Of a DNA stretch of 32,000 nucleotides, positions 15,071-23,180 are shown in pieces. The number at the start of each line of letters is the position of its first letter. Position 1 is the first letter of the stretch. This stretch comes from Candidatus Brocadia sp. (GTDB lineage: Bacteria > Planctomycetota > Brocadiia > Brocadiales > Brocadiaceae). The notes beneath the pieces are model-generated. The model worked only from the letters and a program-made list of their open reading frames with translations, ran no database searches and was not told the origin of the DNA. The DNA is taken from assembly GCA_021650915.1 (NCBI GenBank), contig CP091279.1, forward strand, positions 3,090,001-3,122,000, given 5' to 3'. A program made the translations under genes and the position numbers.

Positions 15071-16270
15071 ATGATTTCTGTCGATACCGCCATAAAAATT
15101 GTTGAAGACACCATTAAACCCCTGCCGGTGAAAACAATACCCTTTGAAAATGCCCTGGGGTTTTGTCTGGCAGAGGACATGCAGTCTGACATCGATATGC
15201 CTCCCTTTAACCGTTCGGCAATGGATGGATATGCCGTCATTGCTGAAGATACGGCGAATGCCCCGGTTGAATTAACGGTCATCGAGGACATTGCGGCGGG
15301 TCATATGCCCACAAAAAAGGTATCGCATGGACAGGCATCCAAGATCATGACCGGGGCCGCAGTTCCCGCAGGGGCGGATGCCGTGGTTAAATTTGAGGAG
15401 ACGGAAGACCTTTCCGTAAGCAACCGGGTAAAGATTCTCAGACCCATAGACAAGGGAAGAAACATCTCAAGCCGTGGAGAGGATATGCAGGTTGGGCAAA
15501 AGGTTCTTTGCAAAGGCATGCCTGTTCGGTCTCAGGAAATTGGTATTCTTGCCACGATAGGGAAATCCCAAGTCAAGGTATTTTCTGCGCCAACGGTAGG
15601 TATCATCTCCACCGGTGACGAACTGGTGGATGTTGGCCTTAAACCCTCCGTTGCACAGATCAGGAATAGCAACGGCTATTCCCTGGCTGCGCAGGCAAGA
15701 CGTATGCATGCAGAGGTTGACCTCTTAGGTATTGTTAAAGACACCAAGGAAGAAATTTCAAGCATGATGCAGTGGGGTTTCCGAAAGGACATCCTGATCC
15801 TTTCCGGCGGCGTCTCTATGGGAGAATATGACCTTGTGGGGGACGTAATGAAGGATTTTAATACCCGGATCTATTTTGAGAAGGTGGCGCTGCGGCCGGG
15901 GAAACCGGTTATTTTCGGTAAAAAAGATACAACCTTTATCTTTGCCTTACCGGGAAATCCTGTGGCATCCTTTGTCACGTTTGAATTGTTTGTCTATCCT
16001 GCTATCCGAAAGATGATGGGGTTTACTCATGTACACAGAACGACCCTCCAGGCATCATTGGAAACGGAAATCCTTGTCAAAAGGAAGCGCCGTGAATACC
16101 GTCCCGCATTCCTTCGCATGCACAACAACACCTGGATGGTCTCTCCGGTAGAATGGCACGGTTCTGCAGACCTGTTGGCAACTACCATGGCCAACTCTTT
16201 GCTCATCGTCCGCGAAGACGCAGAAAGACTTGTCACGGGGCAACTGGTAGATGTTATACCGCTGGAATAA
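15071..16270 (+). CDS. moeA: Molybdopterin molybdenumtransferase MoeA
   Basis: PPFNRSAMDGYAV, IMTGAAVPAGADAVV, IISTGDEL, LSGGVSMGEYD and LPGNPVASFV are colinear with MoeA. Confidence 0.9.
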   Translation: MISVDTAIKIVEDTIKPLPVKTIPFENALGFCLAEDMQSDIDMPPFNRSAMDGYAVIAEDTANAPVELTVIEDIAAGHMPTKKVSHGQASKIMTGAAVPAGADAVVKFEETEDLSVSNRVKILRPIDKGRNISSRGEDMQVGQKVLCKGMPVRSQEIGILATIGKSQVKVFSAPTVGIISTGDELVDVGLKPSVAQIRNSNGYSLAAQARRMHAEVDLLGIVKDTKEEISSMMQWGFRKDILILSGGVSMGEYDLVGDVMKDFNTRIYFEKVALRPGKPVIFGKKDTTFIFALPGNPVASFVTFELFVYPAIRKMMGFTHVHRTTLQASLETEILVKRKRREYRPAFLRMHNNTWMVSPVEWHGSADLLATTMANSLLIVREDAERLVTGQLVDVIPLE

Positions 16271-16273
16271 ACC

Positions 16274-17869
16274 TTGAGCAGAGCAACCGGTGTAAAAATC
16301 CTCGCCCTGTCTTTTTTGACCGTTATCCTCTTATGTCTTTCCTTTCCACCGGCAGACCTTGGCTACCTTGCATGGATCGCCTGTGTCCCGTGGTTCACAC
16401 TGATCGTAACGGAAAAGAAATATACCTGGCTTTATTCCCTGGGAATAGGTGCGGCATTCTTTATTGTCCAGCTTTCATGGCTTCGCCATATCGCCATTAT
16501 TGCCTGGGTATTGCTGAGTTTCTATTGTGCTGCCTATTTTCTTGCCTTTGCGTTCTGCTCCCGGTTTATCACGGCCAGACTGAAACTTCCCCTTGTCGTT
16601 GTTGTGCCCTGTATCTGGACGGCATGCGAATTTGTCCGTTCCTTTCTGCTCTCGGGTTTTCCATGGTTTTTTATCGGACACACCCAGTATCAGTGCCTGC
16701 CAATAATACAGATTGCCGACATTGCCGGTGTCTACGGCATTTCTTTTATCATCATCATGGCCAATGCAGCGATTGCCGACCTGCTCGTCCGGAGCTTTGC
16801 CGGACAAAAACGCGCATTTTTCAGCCTCACGTGCATCCTGCCACCCGTGCTCGTGGCAGCCAGTATTCTTTATGGATTTTCATGGCTCAGGCATTATCAC
16901 CCCAAAGAAGGGCCTGTCGTATGCATGATCCAGGGTAATATACCCCAAGATTTAAAATTTGAGTCTACCGAAGAAGATGAAATACAAATCCTGAAAAAAT
17001 ATACAGACCTATCGATGAGCATACAAGGCACACCAATCGACCTCCTTGTATGGCCAGAGACCATGATGCCGGGAATCCTTAACATCGACCCAGAACTTAC
17101 GGGCAGAAAGATTGACTTCTTATCGCAGCTTACCGCCACGAAACTCGCACAGGAGTTAAACACAAACCTGCTATTGGGGGGCATTGCCCTGACTTTTGTG
17201 GGGAAAGAACAGGTCTACTTTAACAGCGGGTATTACTACAACAGGGAGGGGACGTTGCTCAGTCGCTACGACAAGATTCATCTTGTGCTATTTGGAGAAT
17301 TTACGCCGTTGAAAACATATTTCCCCTTTTTGGCCAATCTCGTTCCTTACGAAATCGGGTTAACGCATGGCAGCAGACGGACCATATTTTCGCTCGACGC
17401 CGTTCAAAACGGGCGTTTTGCGTTTGGTTCTTCTATCTGTTACGAAGATACGGTGCCGTCTCTCATGAGAAAATTCAAGAAGGACGGGGCGGATTTTATG
17501 CTCAATATCACAAATGACGGTTGGTTCCGCGACAGCGCGGAGCTTGATCAGCACCTTGCCATTATGGTATTCCGGGCAGTTGAAAACCGCATCTCGATGG
17601 CACGCGCCGCCAATACCGGCATATCCTCTTTTGTTGCACCCGATGGCACTATCTATGACAAGTTGTCGGACTCTGCAGGAAAATACCGGGAGATCAGCGG
17701 CGTCCTTATCAATCGCATAAAATACGTCGAAAAATACTGTCCTTTCTATGTGCTCTGCGGCGATTGGTTTGCAGTCCTTTGCACAGCAGCAACAGGGATT
17801 ATCCTTATTCTGGCCATAATTAAATTGAGGGTTATTGACATCGGGAAACCGGAATACAAAGGCCATTGA
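16274..17869 (+). CDS. lnt: Apolipoprotein N-acyltransferase
   Basis: N-terminal polytopic domain plus a CN-hydrolase domain with the triad contexts WPETMMP (E), YDKIHLVLFGEF (K) and SSICYEDT (C). TTG start 3 nt after the moeA stop; the exact start is uncertain. Confidence 0.88.
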   Translation: MSRATGVKILALSFLTVILLCLSFPPADLGYLAWIACVPWFTLIVTEKKYTWLYSLGIGAAFFIVQLSWLRHIAIIAWVLLSFYCAAYFLAFAFCSRFITARLKLPLVVVVPCIWTACEFVRSFLLSGFPWFFIGHTQYQCLPIIQIADIAGVYGISFIIIMANAAIADLLVRSFAGQKRAFFSLTCILPPVLVAASILYGFSWLRHYHPKEGPVVCMIQGNIPQDLKFESTEEDEIQILKKYTDLSMSIQGTPIDLLVWPETMMPGILNIDPELTGRKIDFLSQLTATKLAQELNTNLLLGGIALTFVGKEQVYFNSGYYYNREGTLLSRYDKIHLVLFGEFTPLKTYFPFLANLVPYEIGLTHGSRRTIFSLDAVQNGRFAFGSSICYEDTVPSLMRKFKKDGADFMLNITNDGWFRDSAELDQHLAIMVFRAVENRISMARAANTGISSFVAPDGTIYDKLSDSAGKYREISGVLINRIKYVEKYCPFYVLCGDWFAVLCTAATGIILILAIIKLRVIDIGKPEYKGH

Positions 17870-17957
17870 AAGCGACATCCTTTGATAAGGCCTCTTGTGT
17901 TTTGACTTTTTTGCGACTCGTTCAGGCAAAGAGGAATTTCAACCAAAGTTTTTATTC

Positions 17958-17985
17958 TTGACAGTTTAGCGCTGGCTGATATACT
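17958..17985 (+). promoter_or_regulatory. Candidate sigma70-type promoter for the tRNA gene
   Basis: TTGACA (17958-17963), 16-nt spacer, TATACT (17980-17985), about 58 nt upstream of the tRNA 5' end. Confidence 0.5.
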
Positions 17986-18043
17986 TATATGAATGTTGTT
18001 TTGGTTGCACAAGTTGTCTGGCCAAACAGGTATTGGTAAATAA

Positions 18044-18120
<77 letters not shown>

Positions 18121-18270
18121 ATAAAATCAGGGGTCTGCGGCTACACCGCAGTCCTCTCTCCGTACGATTGTGATAAAATTATTATTTTCCCTTGCTTTCT
18201 TTTAAGATGCCTGATATCATCCGTTATGTTGGTTGTATGGCAAGGTCATATTCTCTATTGATGTTATATG

Positions 18271-18312
18271 AAGGCTACAAAGGGCTACAACCTTGTAGCC
18301 TTTTTTGTTTTT
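18271..18312 (+). terminator. Intrinsic-terminator-like hairpin plus T-tract between tRNA and cspA
   Basis: AAGGCTACAA agggctacaacc TTGTAGCCTT followed by TTTTGTTTTT. Confidence 0.55.
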
Positions 18313-18350
18313 ATAGTTTTTTCAGAAGATGAGAGGGGGTGATGTTAAGA

Positions 18351-18551
18351 ATGGCAAACGGGACCGTGAAATGGTTCAATGACAAGAAGGGATTCGGATT
18401 TATTTCTCAGGATAATGGCGATGATGTTTTTGTACATCAAAGTTCTATTCAGTCCGAAGGATTTAGGACCCTTGCAGAAGGGGACAAAGTCGAGTTTGAG
18501 ATCATAAAGGACCAAAAGGGCTACAAGGCCACAAAAGTTGTTAAATTATAA
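18351..18551 (+). CDS. cspA: Cold-shock protein, CspA family
   Basis: [18 protein letters not shown] (RNP1) and DVFVHQSSI (RNP2), 66 aa. I prefer the ATG at 18351 over the GTG at 18339. Confidence 0.92.
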   Translation: MANGTVKWFNDKKGFGFISQDNGDDVFVHQSSIQSEGFRTLAEGDKVEFEIIKDQKGYKATKVVKL

Positions 18552-18660
18552 ACCCGTAAAAAAGCACACTCTTATATTTAGAGAATAATCAGTTCCTTTA
18601 GATGTGATTTATAAAAATATGGAGTAAGTACTTAACGCATAGTTATAATTACAACCCGGA

Positions 18661-18700
18661 AACCCCAATATCAGTAAAAGGATATTGGGGTTTTTGTTTT
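18661..18700 (+). terminator. Rho-independent terminator of cspA
   Basis: AACCCCAATATC agtaaaag GATATTGGGGTT followed by TTTGTTTT. Confidence 0.75.
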
Positions 18701-18800
18701 GATTTCCAGTTGTTTTCTATCTTCTTTTTGTGCTATATTCTTTAGTGAAAGGACGCACCGCCTTTTCGGTGTCTTATTCTCAAAATGCAGGATTTTTTCC

Positions 18801-19751
18801 ATGAAAAGAGAAGAAAATAAACAAACAAAAATTGCGATTGTAATACCTGTCTACAACAGAAAAGCACATACCTTGAATTGTTTGCGTCAGCTTCAGATGA
18901 TAGATAAAACGGGGATGGATATCACGATTGTTGTCGTAGATGATGGCTCAAGTGACGGTACTTCTGAACTGGTTGCCACTGAATATCCCGAGGTAGTAAT
19001 TCTTCGCGGTGATGGGAATTTGTGGTGGAGCGGAGCGACAAATATGGGGGTTAAATATGCCTTAGACCAGAAGAGTGATTATGTATTAGCCTTAAATGAC
19101 GATGTTGAGTTTCAAGGTGATTTTCTGGTGCAGTTACTCAAAACCGCTAAGAGTTATGACAATACGATTGTTTGTGGAATAGTTTGTGATACTGACAGGA
19201 AAGATAAAATTATGTCTGCTGGTCTCCGTGCAAAAGGATTCCTGAATTACATCTATACCGGTCATTTATCTGGCGCTGACGTTTCTGCTTTGCCAGAAAA
19301 TGAGTTTGCGAGTGATATTACCGCTGGCCGTGCGGTGTTAATTCCAACGGAGGTTTTTCGGGAAGTAGGTTTGTTTGATGCCCAGAAGTTTCCCCATCAC
19401 ATGGGAGATATGGATTTTATATTAAGGGCTAAAAAGAAAGGATTTAAAGTCCTTGTCAATCCCAGGTCTTTCGTATATACAAAGATTGGCGACAATTATT
19501 TCCCAATACAAATAATAGAAAAATCGGTGTGGCAGAATATTAAGGGCTTTTTTCATGTAAAGTCAACGGTTAATTTTCGTACACGATGGAATTTTTATTT
19601 GCGGCATACCCCTTACTTTTTGGGATGGATATCATTTTTGTATTTTTGCTTAAGAATGAGCATTGTAATTATTTATAAGATACTCATGCCAAAACAGATG
19701 CTGGTCCGAGTAATGAAGAAAAGAAGCTTGAAGGTGCAATCTATGAAATAA
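18801..19751 (+). CDS. Family 2 glycosyltransferase with C-terminal membrane segment
   Basis: IAIVIPVYNRKAHTLNCL, VVVDDGSSDGT and the LALNDDVEF (DxD-type) motif. C-terminal hydrophobic WISFLYFCLRMSIVIIY. I prefer the ATG at 18801 (MKREENK) to the ORF-track start at 18699. Confidence 0.85.
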   Translation: MKREENKQTKIAIVIPVYNRKAHTLNCLRQLQMIDKTGMDITIVVVDDGSSDGTSELVATEYPEVVILRGDGNLWWSGATNMGVKYALDQKSDYVLALNDDVEFQGDFLVQLLKTAKSYDNTIVCGIVCDTDRKDKIMSAGLRAKGFLNYIYTGHLSGADVSALPENEFASDITAGRAVLIPTEVFREVGLFDAQKFPHHMGDMDFILRAKKKGFKVLVNPRSFVYTKIGDNYFPIQIIEKSVWQNIKGFFHVKSTVNFRTRWNFYLRHTPYFLGWISFLYFCLRMSIVIIYKILMPKQMLVRVMKKRSLKVQSMK

Positions 19752-19778
19752 TAGCCTTCTGATTTTTTAAAATTTTAG

Positions 19779-19807
19779 TTGATATTAATTAATATAGATG
19801 TTATAAT
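19779..19807 (+). promoter_or_regulatory. Candidate sigma70-type promoter (extended -10) for the riboswitch leader and giant gene
   Basis: TTGATA (19779-19784), 17-nt spacer, TGtTATAAT (19799-19807). Caveat: the region is very AT-rich and overlaps a small hairpin plus T-run (19806-19840) that could be the GT2 terminator. Confidence 0.45.
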
Positions 19808-19860
19808 GCTATTTCATTTTTTAATAGCATCTGTTTTTTTTAAATAAGAGGGTAAGCAGT

Positions 19861-19970
19861 CAAACCGATAAAGGCAAACCCTGAGTGATCAGGGGGCGCA
19901 AAGTAAAGGGTCTTAAACTTACAGGGACGTAGAGACGGAGAACCAGAAAAAGACAGCCTTACTGCCGAAG
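19861..19970 (+). promoter_or_regulatory. GEMM-I-like (c-di-GMP class I) riboswitch aptamer, copy 1
   Basis: AGGCAAACC, then the helix CCCTGA-GUGA(GNRA)-TCAGGG, then GGCGCAAAG. Second helix GTCT-TAAAC-yTAC[AGGGAC]GTAG-AGAC, then AGCCTTACTGCCGAAG. The order and spelling of these blocks match GEMM-I (Vc2: GGCAAACC..GAAA..GGGACGCAAAGCC..AGCGGGGUUACCGA). Matched by eye, no covariance model run. Confidence 0.7.
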
Positions 19971-20011
19971 ATGTTGTGTTGAATATCTTTGCAGTAAGGC
20001 TTTTTTATTTT
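19955..20011 (+). terminator. Expression-platform terminator of riboswitch copy 1
   Basis: AGCCTTACTGC-cg-AAGAT [gttgtgttgaat] ATCTT-t-GCAGTAAGGCT followed by TTTTTATTTT. The 5' arm overlaps the 3' strand of the aptamer. Confidence 0.75.
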
Positions 20012-20204
20012 AATCGGAAAGAGTTGGTTTCAGGCCTTCGCTGATGGTGCAGGCTAAAAACGCTTTTATGCTGCTAAAAAGCAAAAAATGGAGGGTTGTG
20101 AACTCTCCATAACAATTTATTTGCGAGGTAGTTATGAAATAATTTTAAATAATGTGATTGTAATAACTAAGGTTTGATTTGTCCTGCCTCTTTTAAATAA
20201 CAGG

Positions 20205-20314
20205 CAAACCGATAAGGGCAAACCCTGAGTGATCAGGGGGCGCAAAGTAAAGGGTCTTAAACCTACAGGGACGTAGAGACGGAGAACCAGAAAAAGACAG
20301 CCTTACTGCCGAAG
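20205..20314 (+). promoter_or_regulatory. GEMM-I-like (c-di-GMP class I) riboswitch aptamer, copy 2
   Basis: Direct repeat of 19861-19970 at +344 bp, with a few substitutions (for example GGGCAAACC versus AGGCAAACC, and AAACCTAC versus AAACTTAC). Confidence 0.7.
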
Positions 20315-20355
20315 ATGTTGTGTTGAATATCTTTGCAGTAGGGCTTTTTTATTTT
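20299..20355 (+). terminator. Expression-platform terminator of riboswitch copy 2
   Basis: Same hairpin as 19955-20011. The one A>G change in the 3' arm (GCAGTAGGGCT) converts a U-A pair to U.G, so pairing is retained. T-run follows. Confidence 0.75.
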
Positions 20356-20447
20356 AATCGGAAAGAGTTGGCTCAAGATTTTTATCGATGGTGAAGGCAT
20401 ACAAGTAATTTTGGCGCTGTTTAAAAGTAAGAAATGGAGGACTATGA

Positions 20448-23180
20448 ATGTTCCATAACCTTTTTGTTCGTGAGATATCCGTTAAACAGACTATCTTGGG
20501 ATGCAAGGGTAACAAAGTTCTATATACGCTCTTCTTTTCTTGTGTATTTCTTTTCTTTGTTTTTCAGCAAGCTTATGCACAAGATTTAATACCTCCCACT
20601 GTGAGCGCAACGAGTCCTGTCGGGAATGAGGTTGGGGTGGACATCTACAGCGCTATAGCGGTAACGTTCAGTGAGGAGATGGACGCCAATACGATAACGA
20701 CGGCAACGTTTATAGTGACCGATGGGGTAACGCCGGTGGTGGGTACGGTGGACTACGCAGGGACAACTGCTACGTTTACCCCGATAGGGAATCTGTCATA
20801 TGCTACGAATTATACGGCGACGATTACAACGGGTGCGACAGATTTGGCAGGTAATGCACTAGTTGCGAACTATAGCTGGGGTTTTACGGCGGGAGCCGCG
20901 CCTCCTCAGGGCCTCCAGGCGTATTATGCGCTCGACGAGGGAAATGGTACCGTCGCAAATGATTTATCGGGTAACGGGAATGATGGCACTATTAATGGCG
21001 CTGCCTGGTCCACGGGCAAAGGTGGGGGAGGCTTGAGTTTTGACGGAAGCAATGACTCTGTGGCCGTTCCCCGTATGAATAATGATGAAGTCTCTGTTTG
21101 TGCCTGGTTCTATAAAAATACAAATGATCTCACGAGGAATGACGCTCTATTCAGCGGTTATAGGCATAGCTCAAATCAACAACTTCGCGAGGGATTTGAA
21201 TTACGATTTCCTGCAAGCGCCCCCAATAGAATTGAGTTTGTACTCGTGACACAAGATGGAAACGGTGTAAGGACAACAAGGACGACCCGGAGAAGTTTCA
21301 TCAATTCCGCCGGGAGTTGGTATCACGTCGTAGGTACTTACAATAAAACAACCGGTATACAGAAGTTATATGTCAACGGAGAGGTAGTTCATACACAGAC
21401 TCATGTACCAGGGAATACAATCGTGCCACTTGTCTTTTACGCTGATATGCGAATCGGATATTCAAGGGTCAACAACGGTTATTTCAATGGTGTTATTGAC
21501 AATATCCTTCTTTACAATCGTGTCCTTGATGACAAAGAAATAAGGGATTTATACAATGCCTTTACTTTTGGACTGCAGGCACGATATGCATTCAGTGAAG
21601 GGACGGGAATAATTGTCGGTGATTCTTCGGGAAATGGCAATCACGGAAGTATTAGTGGGGGGGCCGCATGGACGTCAGGGAAAAACGGAGGCGGTTTGAA
21701 TTTTGATGGCATTAACGACCGCGTATCAATTCCGCGTATGAACTACGATGAGGTGTCTGTTGGTGCATGGTGCTATAAAAATGCGAACGATGCCAGCAGA
21801 AACGATGCAATTTTTAGTGGATTCCGGAATAATTCCAACGTGCAACTCTGTGAGGGTTTTGAATTGCGATTCCCAGCAAGCGCGCCCAATACTGTTCAGT
21901 TCCTCCTGGTAACCCAGAATGGAAGTGGTGTAAGGACACTGAGGACGGCCCAGTGGGATTTAGGAAATTCCGTGGGAAGCTGGTACCACGTTACCGGTAT
22001 TTATAGCAAAGCAACGGGGGAACAAAGGCTCTATGTGAATGGTCAACTGGTGAATACTCAAACGCATCCTGCCGGGAATACCATTGTGCCGCTTACCCAA
22101 AATTCTGATATGAGGATAGGACATTCATGGGTAAATAACGGGTATTTCCATGGTATTCTTGACGATGTCAGACTTTACAAACAGGTACTGAGCGATCAGG
22201 AAGTATTGGATTTATTTAATAGCCCGACGGTAAGCGCGACGAGTCCCGTGAGCAATGAGACGAACGTGGCGGTCAACGGAGCGATAACGGTGACGTTCAG
22301 CGAGGCGATGGACGCCAATACGCTAACGACGGCGACGTTTAGCCTGACGGACGGAGTGACGCCGGTGACGGGCGCGGTGAGTTATACGGGTACGACGGCG
22401 ACGTTTACGCCGACGGGCAGTTTGTCGTATGCGACCAGCTATACGGCGACGGTTACGACGGGGGTGACGGACCTGGCGGGCAATGCGCTGGGAGCGAATT
22501 ACGTATGGGGATTTACGACAGGGGCGGAGCCTGACGTGACGGCGCCGACGGTAAGCGCGACGAGTCCCGTGAGCAATGAGACGAACGTGGCGGTCAACGG
22601 AGCGATAACGGTGACGTTCAGCGAGGCGATGGACGCCAATACGCTAACGACGGCGACGTTTAGCCTGACGGACGGAGTGACGCCGGTGACGGGCGCGGTG
22701 AGTTATACGGGTACGACGGCGACGTTTACGCCGACGGGCAGTTTGTCGTATGCGACCAGCTATACGGCGACGGTTACGACGGGGGTGACGGACCTGGCGG
22801 GCAATGCGCTGGGAGCGAATTACGTATGGGGATTTACGACAGGGGCGGAGCCTGACGTGACGGCGCCGACGGTAAGCGCGACGAGTCCCGTGAGCAATGA
22901 GACGAACGTGGCGGTCAACGGAGCGATAACGGTGACGTTCAGCGAGGCGATGGACGCCAATACGCTAACGACGGCGACGTTTAGCCTGACGGACGGAGTG
23001 GCGCCGGTGACGGGCGCGGTGAGTTATACGGGTACGACGGCGACGTTTACGCCGACGGGCAGCCTGTCGTATGCGACCAGCTATACGGCGACGGTTACGA
23101 CGGGGGTGACGGACCTGGCGGGCAATGCGCTGGGAGCGAATTACGTATGGGGATTTACGACAGGGCGGAGCCTGACGTGA
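20448..23180 (+). CDS. Giant surface protein, fragment 1: signal peptide, Ig-like (Big_5/SbsA-type) domain, two LamG-like domains, repeat units 1-3
   Basis: PPTVSATSPVGNEVGV..TFSEEMDANTIT..TATFTP..YTATITTGATDLAGNAL (Ig-like). Two copies of LQAYYALDEGNGT..DLSGNGNDGT..GGGGLSFDG.. W.H..G.Y..LYVNGE (LamG/ConA-like). Ends TTGRSLT* after the G-run contraction. Confidence 0.8.
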   Translation: MFHNLFVREISVKQTILGCKGNKVLYTLFFSCVFLFFVFQQAYAQDLIPPTVSATSPVGNEVGVDIYSAIAVTFSEEMDANTITTATFIVTDGVTPVVGTVDYAGTTATFTPIGNLSYATNYTATITTGATDLAGNALVANYSWGFTAGAAPPQGLQAYYALDEGNGTVANDLSGNGNDGTINGAAWSTGKGGGGLSFDGSNDSVAVPRMNNDEVSVCAWFYKNTNDLTRNDALFSGYRHSSNQQLREGFELRFPASAPNRIEFVLVTQDGNGVRTTRTTRRSFINSAGSWYHVVGTYNKTTGIQKLYVNGEVVHTQTHVPGNTIVPLVFYADMRIGYSRVNNGYFNGVIDNILLYNRVLDDKEIRDLYNAFTFGLQARYAFSEGTGIIVGDSSGNGNHGSISGGAAWTSGKNGGGLNFDGINDRVSIPRMNYDEVSVGAWCYKNANDASRNDAIFSGFRNNSNVQLCEGFELRFPASAPNTVQFLLVTQNGSGVRTLRTAQWDLGNSVGSWYHVTGIYSKATGEQRLYVNGQLVNTQTHPAGNTIVPLTQNSDMRIGHSWVNNGYFHGILDDVRLYKQVLSDQEVLDLFNSPTVSATSPVSNETNVAVNGAITVTFSEAMDANTLTTATFSLTDGVTPVTGAVSYTGTTATFTPTGSLSYATSYTATVTTGVTDLAGNALGANYVWGFTTGAEPDVTAPTVSATSPVSNETNVAVNGAITVTFSEAMDANTLTTATFSLTDGVTPVTGAVSYTGTTATFTPTGSLSYATSYTATVTTGVTDLAGNALGANYVWGFTTGAEPDVTAPTVSATSPVSNETNVAVNGAITVTFSEAMDANTLTTATFSLTDGVAPVTGAVSYTGTTATFTPTGSLSYATSYTATVTTGVTDLAGNALGANYVWGFTTGRSLT

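Noticed and set aside
16153-16938. 261-aa ORF overlapping the moeA end and lnt start, plus antisense ORFs 17360..17929, 2038..2544, 10536..10964, 12740..13249 and 7734..8042
   Set aside because: Each overlaps a gene with strong family motifs on the other frame or strand. All are Cys/Arg/Pro-rich and low-complexity, with no recognisable motifs.
20444-20458. Mini-ORF MNVP-stop as a regulatory leader peptide
   Set aside because: The SD spacing (3 nt) is poor for this ATG but ideal (7 nt) for ATG 20448. I kept it only as a marker of the leader duplication, not as a functional peptide.
23147-23164. Met starts MGIYDR of ORFs 23147.. and 25072..
   Set aside because: These are the YVWGFTT codons read in the shifted frame. 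They have no SD and no signal peptide, so they are ORF-caller artefacts of the frameshifts and not independent genes.
23150-23180. Programmed -1 ribosomal frameshifting at the two break points
   Set aside because: A -1 shift would restore the frame. However, there is no X XXY YYZ slippery heptamer in the zero frame (GGA TTT ACG ACA GGG CGG). The nine other junctions simply carry one more G. A deletion or sequencing error is the simpler explanation.
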